Assembly (NCBI GenBank): GCA_964016885.1
Contig: OZ024764.1
Coordinates: 24,428,001-24,492,000 of the forward strand
Source of the DNA: Eledone cirrhosa
Lineage: Eukaryota
Reading direction: 5' to 3'
Length of the DNA: 64,000 nt
The notes beneath the pieces were generated by a model, which saw nothing but the letters and a program-made list of their open reading frames with translations, was not told where the DNA came from and did no database searches. This document shows, piece by piece, positions 11,227 through 24,000 of this stretch. The stretch's first letter is position 1; every line of letters starts with the position of its first letter. Made by a program: the position numbers and the translations under genes.

Positions 11227-12277
11227 AAGGGCGGTAGATTGGCAGTATCGGCAGAGGGTCGGACACCATGCTAGGGTGGTGGATTGGCAGTATCAGTAGA
11301 GGGTCGGACACCATGCTAGGGCGGTAGATTGGCAGTATCGGCAGAGGGTCGGACACCATGTTAGGGTGGTGGATTGGCAGTATTGGTAGAGAGTTGGACA
11401 CCATGTTAGGGTGGTGGATTGGCAGTATCAGTAGAGGGTCGGACACCATGCTAGGGTGGTGGATTGGCAGTATCGGTAGAGGGTCGGACACCATGTTAGG
11501 GAGGTAGATTGGCAGTATCGGTAGAGGGTCGGACACCATGCTAGGGCAGTAGTAGATTGGCAGTATCAGTAGAAGGTCGGACACCATGCTAGGGTGGTGG
11601 ATTGGCAGTATCGGTAGAAGGTCGGACACCATGCTAGGGAGGTAGATTGGCAGTATCGGTAGAGGGTCGGACACCATGCTAGGGCAGTAGTAGATTGGCA
11701 GTATCGGTAGAGGGTCGGACACCATGCTAGGGCAGTGGATTGGCAGTATCGGTAGAAGGTCGGACACCATGCTAGGGCGGTAGATTGGCAGTATCGGTAG
11801 AGGGTCGGACACCATGCTAGGGCAGTAGTAGATTGGCAGTATCGGTAGAGGGTCGGACACCATGCTAGGGCAGTAGTAGATTGGCAGTATCGGTAGAGGG
11901 TCGGACACCATGCTAGGGTGGTGGATTGGCAGTATCGGTAGAAGGTCGGACACCATGCTAGGGAGGTAGATTGGCAGTATCGGTAGAGGGTCGGACACCA
12001 TGCTAGGGCAGTGGATTGGCAGTATCGGTAGAGGGTCGGACACCATGCTAGGGCAGTAGTAGATTGGCAGTATCAGTAGAAGGTCGGACACCATGCTAGG
12101 GTGGTGGATTGGCAGTATCGGTAGAAGGTCGGACACCATGCTAGGGAGGTAGATTGGCAGTATCGGTAGAGGGTCGGACACCATGCTAGGGCGGTAGAAT
12201 GGCAGTATCGGTAGAGGGTCGGACACCATGCTAGGGCGGTAGAATGGCAGTATCGGTAGAGGGTCGGACACCATGCT
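11227..12277 (+). repeat. 48/51-bp minisatellite (~21 units) derived from a SINE 5' head
   Basis: Unit ggattggcagtatcggtagagggtcggacaccatgct matches the SINE start at 24878; the array runs directly into the SINE body. Confidence 0.9.
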
Positions 12278-12417
12278 TTGCAGCAAAGAGTTACGGCCCT
12301 TTATGGTCTGAGTTCAAATCAAACTTTGTCTTTCATCCTTACAGGGTAGATAAAATAAAGTACCAGTAATACACTGAGATAATTGCTGGCCTTGTGCCAA
12401 AAGTAGAAACAATATTA
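12236..12417 (+). mobile_element. tRNA-derived SINE with Meta-like central domain
   Basis: gagttcaaat B-box, then ctttcatccttacagggtagataaaataaagtaccagt; further copies at 24878, 28945 and 58955. Confidence 0.75.
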
Positions 12418-12426
12418 TGTACATGA

Positions 12427-12459
<33 letters not shown>

Positions 12460-12562
12460 CATATATATATTCACTTCTGCGTTCACAGATTGACTTTGTT
12501 AGTTTCAGAAAATCCTGTTAAGGGTGAAAGCAACAATTCTTTGCTTAAACTTTAATCTGTTA

Positions 12563-12622
<60 letters not shown>

Positions 12623-12750
12623 AAAGTTCTATTTAAAGTTGTTGGGATACAACAAGTAAATATTTTTATAACTGATATAAAGCACTCAACAAGTATTTGG
12701 AGTAGATATACGATATTAATAAATGGAAACTATATTTATAAAACCATATC

Positions 12751-12815
12751 TATTTTATTATACATATTTCAAGGATACCATGTTAAAATATGGTGTGCTT
12801 TCATCAGACAAAATA
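12751..12815 (-). ncRNA. Hammerhead ribozyme motif
   Basis: tattttgt CTGATGA aagcacaccat..atggtatcctt GAAAT atgt ATA ataaaata. Confidence 0.78.
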
Positions 12816-13085
12816 CAATATATACCAGTTTTATAAATAAATTTTGACATACCCTTTCTTTTTTCTTTTTTCTTTTTTCTTTTTTCTTTTTTATCTTTTT
12901 CTTTCTTTATATCTCCCTTTCTTTCTCAACTTTTCTCTCTCTCGGTTTCTCTCTCTCTCCGTCTTTTTCCTTCTCCGTAACACAATGACTTACTAAGATA
13001 AACCAATCCAATATCCCTGATGTCTTCCAAAAGTAACGGTTAGTAAGGGTATGTCAAAATTTATTTATAAAATTGGTATATATTG

Positions 13086-13150
13086 TATTTTGTCTGATGA
13101 AAGCATACCATAATTTAACATGGTATCCTTGAAATATGTATAATAAAATA
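13086..13150 (+). ncRNA. Hammerhead ribozyme motif
   Basis: tattttgt CTGATGA aagcataccat..atggtatcctt GAAAT atgt ATA ataaaata. Confidence 0.8.
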
Positions 13151-13175
13151 GATATTTTTATTTTTTTATTTTTTT

Positions 13176-13499
13176 TATTTTACGTCCGCTTTTCCCTGCT
13201 TGCAAGGGTGGGACGGGAACTGATTCTGGCTTGATTTCTACAGCTGGATGCCCTTCCTAACACCAACCTCATTTACAATGAGTGCTGGGTGCTTTTTTCC
13301 ATGGCGCCTACATGTCCACTTTACAGTGAAATGATAGGGACCCCAGTCCCTATCATCTCATTTCTACAGCTGAGTAAACTGGAGCAATGTGAAATAAAGT
13401 GTCTTGCTCAAGGAAACAACACATCACCCGGTCTGAGAATTGAACTCACAACCTTTCAATTGCAAGGCCAATGCTCTAACCACTAAGCCATGTGCCTCC
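13176..13499 (-). mobile_element. CORE-type tRNA SINE with RTE-derived 3' tail
   Basis: tggcttagtggttagagc A-box, gagttcaat B-box, CORE-like ccttgagcaagacactt..cagtttactcagctgtagaaatg; tail matches RTE end at 4620-4660. Confidence 0.85.
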
Positions 13500-13562
13500 T
13501 TATGGTTTTATAAATATAGTTTCCATTTGTTAATATTGTATATATATATATATATATTAGGT

Positions 13563-13598
<36 letters not shown>

Positions 13599-13817
13599 GT
13601 AACACGGTAAAAACCTCCCAGTCCACACTGTAAACGTGGTTGGTGTTAGGAAGGGCATCTAGCGGTAGAAAACCTGCCAGACAGTCCTATACGAGCAAGA
13701 CAACCAATCTTGCCTCACGTGGGACAGTTCCCGTCTAAACCCATGCTAGCGTGGAAGATGGACATTAAACCAAGATGATGATGATGATGATATATTTATA
13801 AATGTATATACATACGC

Positions 13818-13915
<98 letters not shown>

Positions 13916-13929
13916 CACACATATATATA

Positions 13930-14130
13930 TATAACGAAGGAAGTGTGGTAAGGAACCAGGTGGACCATAACGCACCAGAGTACTCAATACTTAGGGTAGT
14001 AGAGTGGGTAATAGGAAAATGTTCAAGACCCCGGCGGCAGAGCTCAAGCAATTTCGTTGGCTATTTTTGGACTGAAATAGCCGTCGGAACGGCTTGAGCT
14101 CTGCCGTCGGGGTCTTGAACATTTTCCTAT
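13930..14130 (-). mobile_element. Short repeat family with terminal palindrome (14011-14130) and half hammerhead
   Basis: Same sequence family at 14380-14510, 20151-20345 and 20751-20925. Confidence 0.7.
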
Positions 14131-14526
14131 ATATATATATATAGGAAGTGTGTGAGATCCTTGGTACAGTTGGGTATATTTGAAAAAAAGGAAAATAATG
14201 ACTTCACTTGTAATTCTAAATAATTTGATTTAATTTTATAATATTTTAGTTGGTAGATACATAATATATATATTTCTACTCTGCTATGTATTGAGTACCT
14301 TACTGTGGTTGCCCCCGATTGAACCCGGAATAACATATATATATATACATATATATACATATATATATACATATATATAACAAAGAAGGTGTGGTAAGAT
14401 ACCAGGTGGACCATAACGCACTAGGGTACTCAATACTTAAAGTAGTAGAGTGGGTAATAGGAAAAGAGTCAGGACCCCGACGGCTGAGCTCCGGCTGTTT
14501 CAACAGCTAGATCCGAAACTTATATA

Positions 14527-14862
14527 CATGGCTTAGTGGTTAGAGCATTGGCCTTGCAATCGAAAGGTTGTGAGTTCAATTCTCAGACCGGGTGATGTGT
14601 TGTTTCCTTGAGCAAGACACTTTATTTCACATTGCTCCAGTTTACTCAGCTGTAGAAATGAGATGATAGGGACTGGGGTCCCTATCATTTCACTGTAAAG
14701 TGGTCGTGGAGGTGCCATGGCAAAAAAGCACCCAGCACTCACTGTAAATGAGGTTGGTGTTAGGAAGGGCATCCAGCTGTAGAAATCAAGCCAGAATCAG
14801 TTCCCGTCCCACCCTGGCAAGCAGGGAAAAGCAGACGTAAAATGAAATGAAATGAAATGAAT
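14527..14862 (+). mobile_element. CORE-type SINE with RTE tail
   Basis: Near-identical to 13176-13499 and 44088-44420. Confidence 0.85.
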
Positions 14863-14870
14863 TATATATA

Positions 14871-15295
14871 TAGAATTCACAAGAATCAAAGTTATGTATA
14901 AAACATTTATTCGCTGACAATTGTTTCTTCCAAACCTAGGCTTGGAGTCTTTGGAGTATTTTTAATGTTTGTACACACAATTGACTGTTATCTGTATTAT
15001 TTGTCGCATGTATTCCAACCTATGCTTTTAATCTTGTTTTTAAATTTAATTTTAATTGTACAAATATAGTATAATATAATATATGTCGCATCCATTCTAC
15101 ACTGTAAACATGAAACTGTTGTACACAACATCACTATATATATATATATGTATCTGTATGCTTCTTTGGTTGAGTAGGAGGTCAATTGTGTGTATAAACA
15201 TTAAAAATGCTCCGAAGACACCAAGCCTAGGTTTGGAAGAAACAATTGTCAGCGAATAAATGTTTTATACATAACTTTGATTCTTGTGAATTCTC
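14871..15295. repeat. ~120-bp-arm inverted repeat containing a variant hammerhead (15209-15253, +)
   Basis: 14871-14993 pairs with 15181-15295; gct CCGAAGA ..ccaagc/gtttgg.. GAAAC aatt GTC agc. Confidence 0.75.
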
Positions 15296-16484
15296 TATAA
15301 CTGCTCTGTAAAACAACTGATGTTCTTACATTGAGCTATTTATCTTACTGGTAATAAGGTAGTAATACATTACTGACCTTTCCTGTTTATAGTTGGTTAT
15401 AGTATATACATAATATAGTATCCTTAATATTATATATATATATATATATATAGGCAAATACAAAACAAAAACAAGGAGTGCAGTTACTGTTGCCCGCTAT
15501 TTGTTAGTTACACACAAACAGTGGACAGCAGAGGCCACGTACCGTTCCTCTCCGACAGATAACCCCCCCCCCCCGGAAACCCCCCCCCCCCAGTTGATGG
15601 ATGCGAATCCTAAATATAGGGACAATTAAATCTCTCCCAAGGTAACTCTATCTCGTGTTATTATTTTTATTTTTTACACTCTTTCCTACGTTCCTCTACA
15701 CACTATACATCTTATTCTACACACTATACATCTCTCTCTTCACCACCTGATCCTGTTACCCGGAGATTTACCCATCTGCATTGTTGAGGCTTCCAAAACG
15801 ACCCCAAAAAAAATTTTATTATTCCACAATGATTCAAGTAAACTTCAATACTCTCTTATATATATATATATATATATTATATAAATGAGAGGTATAGAGA
15901 TTGTTTTAGCAAGAAGCTAACGGCATTCTATAACATATATGCGACTATAACGTCAAGATGGGAAAAGTAGTTAACGAAAGATTTAGGAAAAATAACTCAA
16001 ACTCATCTCAAAAGAGAATCAGGATATAAATTCATCCACAGAATTTAGTTAAATCCAGGGAAAAATCTATAGACCTTTAACTCATGATAAAATAAAGTTT
16101 GAAACACTTATCCTTCAATTTGGAATAACATCAAATGCTCTGTATAGTCTTAAAAGACTATTTCATGAAAACTTTCAGTGGAGATGGTCACGGTTGGAAT
16201 ATATATAGTGGTAGAACACTGGAAGGTAATATCTGTAGTGGTAGAGCACTCAGTCCATGGGACGAGTTAGGTTGAAGTGGTAACACAACAGTTAGTTCAC
16301 CATACCGAGAACAATTGTTTCACCTTAGCGGACCCTCAGCTCGTATATATATGTAACCAAAATTAAATTAAGGATGTCATGTCTGCGAGAGACACGCTAT
16401 ACCTCTATAGAATATACTCAAAGATTCTAATGAATAGATCCGATCATTTTATATCAACTAGAAATTGATTGACATATAACAATT

Positions 16485-16857
16485 TGACACACGACCGTGA
16501 CTTCTGGCGTCACGCAGTAATACAGGGTACCCGACCTCCCATGGGTACATGCTGAAGCATATAAACAATATGCCCCCACTCCCCCCACTGCAAGGTGGTC
16601 GTGGAGGTGCCACGGCAAAAAAGCACCCAGCCCACACTGTAAAGTGGACGTGTAGGCGCCACGAAAAAGCACCCAGCACTCACTGTAAATGAGGTTGGTG
16701 TTAGGAAGGGCATCCAGCTGTAGAAATCAAGCCAGATCAGTTCCTGTATGAGCAAGGCATGGTCAGCCGACCAGACACTGCACACAACAGGACAACCCGT
16801 CTAACCCATGCTAGCGTGGAAGAACGGACGTAAAACGGTGATGATGATGATGATGAT
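16485..16857 (+). mobile_element. 5'-truncated copy of the composite RTE 3' end
   Basis: Reverse complement of ~21030-21395, including the same ORF-end/SINE-body junction and (GAT)n tail. Confidence 0.8.
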
Positions 16858-17509
16858 AAATATATCTAAAATAAACATATGAAACAATCACAGGGGATAA
16901 TTTGTAAAAAGTGTGTTGATCACACGAATGTCTATTTTTGGTAATATTTTGAATTAATATAGATATATATATATATCATCATCATCATCATCATCGTTTA
17001 ACGTCCATGTTCCACGCTTGCATGGGTTTGGACGGGAGTTTTCCCACTTGAGGCAAGAGTGGTTGTCATTGCTCGCATAGGACTGTCTGGCGGGTTTTCT
17101 ACAGCTGGATGCCCTTCCTAACACCAACCACATTTACAGTGTGGACTGGGAGGTTTTTACCGTGTTACCTACATGGCCACATTACAGCATGGACTGTGTG
17201 TTTTTTTGTCGTGACACCTACACAACCTCATTTATTTAGGAGTGGATGTTGTGGTACCAACATAACTTTACATTGAAAGGGGCGGTGTGGATGGGGGTGT
17301 ATATATATATTCACTAGACCACCCATGTCCCTAAATCACTTCCAAGGTAACTCTATCCCATGTTATTATTTTTTACACTTTTCCTACGTTCCTTTACACT
17401 CTCTACGTCTCACTCTACATTTCCTCTTACATCTCTCTCATTACCACCTGATTCTGTTACCCAGAGATTTACCCATCTGCATTGTTGAGGCTTCCAAAAC
17501 AACTATAAT

Positions 17510-18097
17510 AATAATAATAATGAAATTATTGTGTAAAGTGCTCAGGTGCACTACAACTTGTCAAAGGTGTATGTATAGTACATAGAATAATACACAAATG
17601 TCAGGGAAGTGAACAGTGTGTGAGTCATGATATACATGTGTGTATGTGTATGGAGGGGGAACATTAGGTGTAGTGTTGGGGAATCTCGGGAAGCATGGAG
17701 GTTTTAAAGGATGCAGTGTCTCGACAGCTAACAACTGATGCAGGGAGTTTGTTCCATGGAGGTTTTAAAGGATGCAGTGTCTCGACAGCTAACAACTGAT
17801 GCAGGGAGTTTGTTCCATGGAGGTTTTAAAGGATGCAGTGTCTCGACAGCTAACAACTGATGCAGGTAGTTTGTTCCATGGAAGTTTTAAAGGATGCAGT
17901 GTCTCGACAGCTAACAACTGATGCAGGTAGTTTGTTCCGTGGAGGTTTTAAAGGATGCAGTGTCTCGACAGCTAACAACTGATGCAGGTAGTTTGTTCCA
18001 TGGAGGTTTTAAAGGATGCAGTGTCTCGACAGCTAACAACTGATGCAGGTAGTTTGTTCCATGGAGGTTTTAAAGGATGCAGTGTCTCGAGAGCTAA
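17510..18097 (-). mobile_element. CR1-like LINE 3' end with 61-bp tandem amplification (~6.5 units, 17694-18097)
   Basis: Minus-strand unit encodes WNKLPASVVSCRDTASFKTSM (CR1 C-terminal WN.LP..VV...FK pattern); (ATT)n tail near 17510. Confidence 0.75.
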
Positions 18098-18284
18098 CTT
18101 CAACAGTACGTCCTCATCAGATAAAATAAGATGATGCATGACATACCCTGACATAGTAGATGGTTAAGATTCAGTCATGGTAGTCCATGGTACTACCATG
18201 ACTGAATCTTAACCATCTACTATGTCAGGGTATGTCATGCATCATCTTATTTTATCTGATGAGGACGTACTGTTGAAGATAGCT
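18092..18284. repeat. ~90-bp-arm near-perfect palindrome
   Basis: Centre catggtag-tccatggta-ctaccatg. Confidence 0.9.
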
Positions 18285-18314
18285 CAGTACCTCTGAAATA
18301 TGTATAATAAAATA
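18248..18314 (+). ncRNA. Hammerhead ribozyme motif
   Basis: tattttat CTGATGA ggacgtactg..cagtacctct GAAAT atgt ATA ataaaata; 8-bp stem I. Confidence 0.8.
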
Positions 18315-18464
18315 TACTTGATCACACGAATGTCTATTTTTGTTAATATTTTGAATTAATATTAATAACTCCGGAAAACTAATACTGTTGAGTGCTTCCA
18401 ATCTATTGTAAAACTAATTCTTTGATTTATTCATTGAACCTTGTTTAACCTTTAAATATATCTC

Positions 18465-18645
18465 TCTATCTATCTAAGGCGGGTAAAATTCCCGAGATCC
18501 ATGGACGAGTTCTCTCCAGCGGTCTCTGTCCCTCATTATCGCTGCCATGTCCTGCGTCTCCAACAGACCAGTGTCTGTCCTTAGGGCATCAACATGCGTT
18601 AACCTTGGTCTTCCTCTTCTAGTGTGTCCATGTAGGGGCTCCCAA
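18465..18645 (-). mobile_element. RTE-like LINE 3' fragment
   Basis: Reverse complement of ~51605-51782. Confidence 0.75.
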
Positions 18646-18808
18646 ACATTAAGTATATATATATATATATATATATATACTTAGTGTATAAGTTTCTACA
18701 ATCTTCTCGTCTTATTTCTATTTTTATTTTTAATTTATTTCTTGAAAATAGAGAATGAGTTGGTTTCTAATTCTGGAAACATTTAAACAATTCACTGTAG
18801 CTCTGTTA

Positions 18809-18934
18809 GTGTGTGTGTGTGTATGTGTGTGTCAGTGTGTGTGTATGTATGTGTCAGTGTGTGTGTGTGTGTCAGTGTGTGTATGTGTGTATGTGTATGT
18901 GTGTCTGTGTGTGTGTGTATGTATATGTATGTGT

Positions 18935-18971
<37 letters not shown>

Positions 18972-19646
18972 TGTGTGTGTGTGTATGTATATGTATGTGT
19001 CAGTGTGTGTGTATGTATATGCGTGTCTGTGTGTGTGTCAGTGTGTGTGTGTGTATGTATATGTGTCTGTGTGTGTGTAAGTATGTGTGTGTCAGTGTGT
19101 GTATGTGTATGTGTGTCTGTGTGTGTAAGTATGTGTGTGTGTCAGTGTGTGTGTGTGTGTACGTATATGTATGTGTCAGTGTGTGTGTGTGTGTATGTGT
19201 GTCTGTGTGTGTGTGTATGTATATGTATGTGTCAGTGTGTGTGTGTGTATGTATATGTATGTGTCAGTGTGTGTGTGTGTGTGTATGTGTGTCTGTGTGT
19301 GTGTGTGTATGTATGTGTCAGTGTGTGTGTGTGTATGTATATGTATGTGTCAGTGTGTGTGTGTGTATGTATATGTATGTGTCAGTGTGTGTGTGTGTAT
19401 GTGTCTGTGTCTGTGTGTGTGTGTGTGTGTGTATGTATATGTGTCTGTGTGTGTGTAAGTATGTGTGTGTGTCAGTGTGTGTGTGTGTGTATGTGTATGT
19501 GTGTCTGTGTGTGTGTAAGTATGTGTGTGTCAGTGTGTGTGTGTGTGTATGTATATGTGTGTCTGTGTGTGTATGTATGCATGTGTGTGTATATGTATGT
19601 GCGTGTGCGTGTGTGAGTGTATGTATATATGTGTGTGTGTGTGCGT

Positions 19647-19684
<38 letters not shown>
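18809..19684. repeat. (TG)n-based compound microsatellite
   Basis: Direct reading. Confidence 0.95.
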
Positions 19685-19685
<1 letters not shown>

Positions 19686-19802
19686 CATGCTTTCTTTTCT
19701 TAATTTTGAAATTAGTTTGACTGGCCAACCTCCCGGTGGCAAGGTTGTAAAGAAAAGAATAGGGAAATTCTCAAGAATGTTTTATAGAATTTTTGAAGGT
19801 GT
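19685..19802 (-). mobile_element. 3' end of RLE-type LINE (related to 57115-57240)
   Basis: Shared cc..ggtggcaaggttgtaaa.aaaagaa..caagaatgtttt..aa.tttgaaggtg. Confidence 0.65.
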
Positions 19803-20106
19803 TGATCAAATTATGCATTTACATCTTCGCCTACTTATTCCTGAGAGGGTCGTAGGGGCAGCGTCCTGAAACACTCCCTCTAGTGGGTCCTATCACAAGC
19901 AATCAACTCCAACTGATCCCGCTGGATCTCCAAGAGAGACCAGACAAGCTAATGGATGTTATCCGAAATGTTAAGACCCTCTTCCTGCTATATCAAGTGT
20001 TAAACTAATATATTCCTTCCTTATACTGTACCAATTGCGTTGTTATTTCTGTTTACCTTTTACATACATATGTATATATATATGTGTGTGTGTGTATAAT
20101 ATATAT

Positions 20107-20150
<44 letters not shown>

Positions 20151-20155
<5 letters not shown>

Positions 20156-20345
20156 AACCAGTAAGACCCCGACAGCTGAGCTCAAGCCGTTTCGACGGCT
20201 AATTCTGGACTAGAATTAGCCGTCGAAACGGCTTGAGCTCAGCTGTCGGGGTCTTACTGGTTCCTATTACCCACTCTACTACCTCAAGTATTGAGTACTT
20301 TGGTGCGTTATGGTCCACCTGGTTCCTTACCACATTTCCTTCGTT
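20151..20345 (+). mobile_element. Short repeat with 117-bp palindrome (20151-20267) and hammerhead 3' half
   Basis: GAAAC ggc..gct GTC ggggt at 20225-20252; the arms fold back inside stem II. Confidence 0.7.
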
Positions 20346-20750
20346 ATATATATATATATATATATAAGTCAAATTATAATATAGAGTTAAAAGCTCACAA
20401 TAAATCCCCCATAATGAAGGGAGCTCAAGGAAGAGAGACTGAGCTCATAGCGAAACAAGATATATATATCTTATGTTTTTTTTTTTTTTACTCCCTTTCG
20501 ATTTACCCATTCTTTCACCCCCCCTCCTCTTCTCCAGTACGGCTTTTCGACCTTTTATACACTAGCCTTAGAATCTACTGTATAGATTTCACTTTCAACG
20601 CTTGACTGGGTTTCCCCCACTCCCTCTTTGTTCTACCGGTAAGTTCAGCCACCTCTACCTCCCACTAAATGCCATGATAGAATAATCTGTCTCTACAACA
20701 AATTTTTGATCAATCTTTTTGGCAATTACTATCTTCCCATATAAGGAAAT

Positions 20751-20924
20751 ACCCCCTGAGAAGTTCGGCTATTTATTTACCAGGCTAAAAATTCTTATTT
20801 AGTCCAGAAATAGCCGTCCAAACGGCTTGAGCTCTGCCGTCGGGGTCATACTTGTTCCTATTACCCACTCTACTACCCTAAGTATTGAGTACTTTGGTGC
20901 GTTATGGTCCATCTGGTTCCTTCG

Positions 20925-20925
<1 letters not shown>
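20751..20925 (+). mobile_element. Same family with complete but mutated hammerhead (20751-20846)
   Basis: acccc CTGAGA ..cggctattt/aaatagccg.. cAAAC ggc..gcc GTC ggggt. Confidence 0.6.
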
Positions 20926-20982
<57 letters not shown>

Positions 20983-21027
20983 GTATATATATATATGTAT
21001 ATATATATGTATATATATATATATATC

Positions 21028-24000
21028 CTCATCATCATCATCATCACCGTTTTACGTCCGTTCTTCCACGCTAGCATGGGTTAGACGGGTTGTCCTGTTG
21101 TGGGCAGTGTCTGGTCGGCTGACCATGCCCTGCTCATACAGGAACTGATCTGGCTTGATTTCTACAGCTGGATGCCCTTCCTAACACCAACCTCATTTAC
21201 AGTGAGTGCTGGGTGCTTTTTCGTGGCGCCTACACGTCCACTTTACAGTGTGGGCTGGGTGCTTTTTTGCTGTGGCACCTCCACGACCACCTTGCGGTGG
21301 GGGGGGGGCATATTGTTTATATGCTTCAGCATGTACCCATGGGAGGTCGGGTACCCTGTATTACTGCGTGACGCCAGAAGTCACGGTCGTGTGTCATTGA
21401 CTTTGAGAGGTGTAGTTGGGTAAGGTCGGCTTTTATCACCTCATCCCAAGTCATCTTGGGTCTCCCCACTCCGCGGTTTCCATCAACTTCTAGTGCTCTG
21501 CACCTTTTTATGCAGCTGTCATCCTTCATACGCATCACATGTCCATACCAGCGTAACCGCCTCTCCTGCACGCAGCATTTGATTCCTCTTATGCTCAGTC
21601 TCTCTCTCAATTCCTTTATGCTTTGTCGTTCACGTATATTACTGTTACACATCCATCGGAGCATGCAGGCTTCGTTTCTCTCTAATCTACGTAAGTCTTC
21701 CACCTTCAGCGCCCAGGTCTCACTACCATGCAACATCGCTGTTCGGATACACGCATCATACAGTCTGCCTTTCATTCTGAGGGAGAAGCCTTTTGCAGCT
21801 AGCAGTGGTAGTAGTTCCCTAAACTTCTTCCATCCCGTTCTTACCCTAGTTATTGTACTTTCTGAGCACCCACCTCCGTTGCTAATTCGGTCACCTAGGT
21901 AGCAGAAGCTGTCTACTGTTTCTACAGGGCCCTCCCAGAGATTGGTGGTACTTGTTTCCTGTGGCTGTTTGCTTGCTGTTTCAGCACAGCTGCTGCATGT
22001 GAATCCTACATTCTTAAGCTTCCTGAGATCCCGCTACATCTCTTGTGTACCCATTGTTTGCATTTGGGGCAGAGAATGGAGTTCCTACCTACACCTTTCC
22101 TACATACTGAGCAAGGCCATTTCCCTGAGGGGATCTGGGTTCTGTTTTCTCGTCTACTTATAAGGACCTTAGTCTTTGTCATGTTGACTTTGAGGCCCTT
22201 TCTCTCTAGTCCCTGCTTCCAGGTTTGGAATTTATTCTCTAGTTCTACCATAGATTCAGCTATGAGTGCGAGGTCATCAGCATACAGGAGTTCCCATGGG
22301 CATCCGGTCTTAAACTCCTCCGTTATTGCCTGCAGGACTATGATGAACAGGAGAGGGCTAAGAACAGAGCCCTGGTGGACCCCAACCTGTACGCTAAATT
22401 CCTCGCTATACTCATTGCCAATCCTAACTTTGCTGACTGCTCCCCTATACATGGCTTGTACCGCTTTCACAAGCCATTCATCTACTCCTAGTTTTCTAAG
22501 AGCCCACCAGATTACTGCACGTGGAACTCTGTCAAAGGCTTTCTCAAGGTCGACAAATGCCAAGTAGAGTGGCTTACTTTTAGCTAGGTACTTTTCCTGT
22601 AATTGCCTCACAAGGAAGAGGGCATCAGTGGTGCCTTTCCCTGGTACAAACCCAAATTGCATCTCGTCTATATTCACCCGGTCCCTAATCAGCTGTGCTA
22701 TAACTCTTTCTGTTACTTTCATGACCTGGTCCATCAACTTTATACCTCTATAGTTTCCTCTATCTAGTGCATCGCCTTTACCTTTGTATCAGTTGACAAT
22801 GATGCTACTGCACCAATCTTTTGGTATGGCCCCCTCTAGTATTACCTGGTTAACGATACGTGTGGTTATAGTGTGACCTACAGACCCAGATGCCTTCAGC
22901 ATCTCGGCAGCTATACCCGATGGACCGGTTGCCTTCCCTATCTTCATATCTCTGATTGCCTTACTTACTACGCTGCCGCTGACTTGTACTGCTGGTCCCT
23001 CTATAGGGTCTACGTGGGGTAGGGTCTCTTCTTCCCATGCATTCTCCTCATTTAGTAATCTATCATAATGACTCTTCCATGCATCTTTCTTCTCAGCACT
23101 TGTGAGGGCTAGCTCACCTTTATCATTCCGGATACACTTCTCTCCAATGACATCACAACTATCTCTGAGACACTGCCTCGCAATCTTGAATACCTCCTGT
23201 TTCTGGTCCTCACGTTGTAAAACATGCTTGAATTTTCTATCCTCTGCTTCCCTCCTAGCTAAGTATACTTGTCGCCTAGCTTCCCTCTTGGTCTCTATGT
23301 AATGTACCCTGCTCCCCCCGTTCTTCCATTCTTTCCATGCTTGTCTCTTGGCCTTGACTGCTTCATCTACCTTATTGTTCCACCACCAAGTCACTCTCCT
23401 CCTGCTTGAGGTCTTACTCCAGCCACAAACCTCATCCGTCGCCTCTAGTAAGTTATTTTTTAGGAACTCCCAGTTCTCTTCTACGTTAAATGTCTCTATC
23501 TGTTCTTCTTTACTGTCGTAGGCGTTGAGTAAAATATCTTTAAATCTGTTACTGGTTGAGGGGACTTTCAGCTTCCAGATCTTTCTTCTCCAGGTTGGCC
23601 TCTGTTTCAGGGCTCGTCTAGTTCTGACCGTGAGGTCGCTGACAACTAAGCTATGTTGGGATGTACATTCCTCACTAGGGAAGGCTTTTGTGTTTACGAC
23701 CGTCCATCTGTCACGTCCTCTGATGAGGATAAAATCTAACTGACTAGAGTGCTCCCCTGATCTATAGGTGATCAGGTAGTTGTCGGGTTTTTTAAAGTTT
23801 GTGTTACATATCGACATGTCATTGGCGTCGCAGAATTCTAGAAGTCTGAATCCTTCCTCATTCCTTGTGCCAACTCCATGGCCTCCATGTACTCTATTGA
23901 AGCCGTCGCAGTGTTTACCTACGTGTCCGTTAAAATCTCCTGCAATGATTAGGAAGTCCTTGTCGTCTGTTAGAGCAGTAGTGTGTATTAGGGACTCGTA

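Larger units (their letters stand above)
12620..13545. mobile_element. Penelope-type inverted repeat; right arm interrupted by a SINE
   Basis: ~12710-12856 pairs with 13046-13155 plus 13501-13545; same family as 26131-26508. Confidence 0.8.

Noticed and set aside
11177-12286. 369-aa Pro-rich ORF
   Set aside because: Antisense reading of the SINE-head minisatellite.
14527-14600. tRNA gene
   Set aside because: A/B boxes belong to a SINE head; no complete cloverleaf seen.
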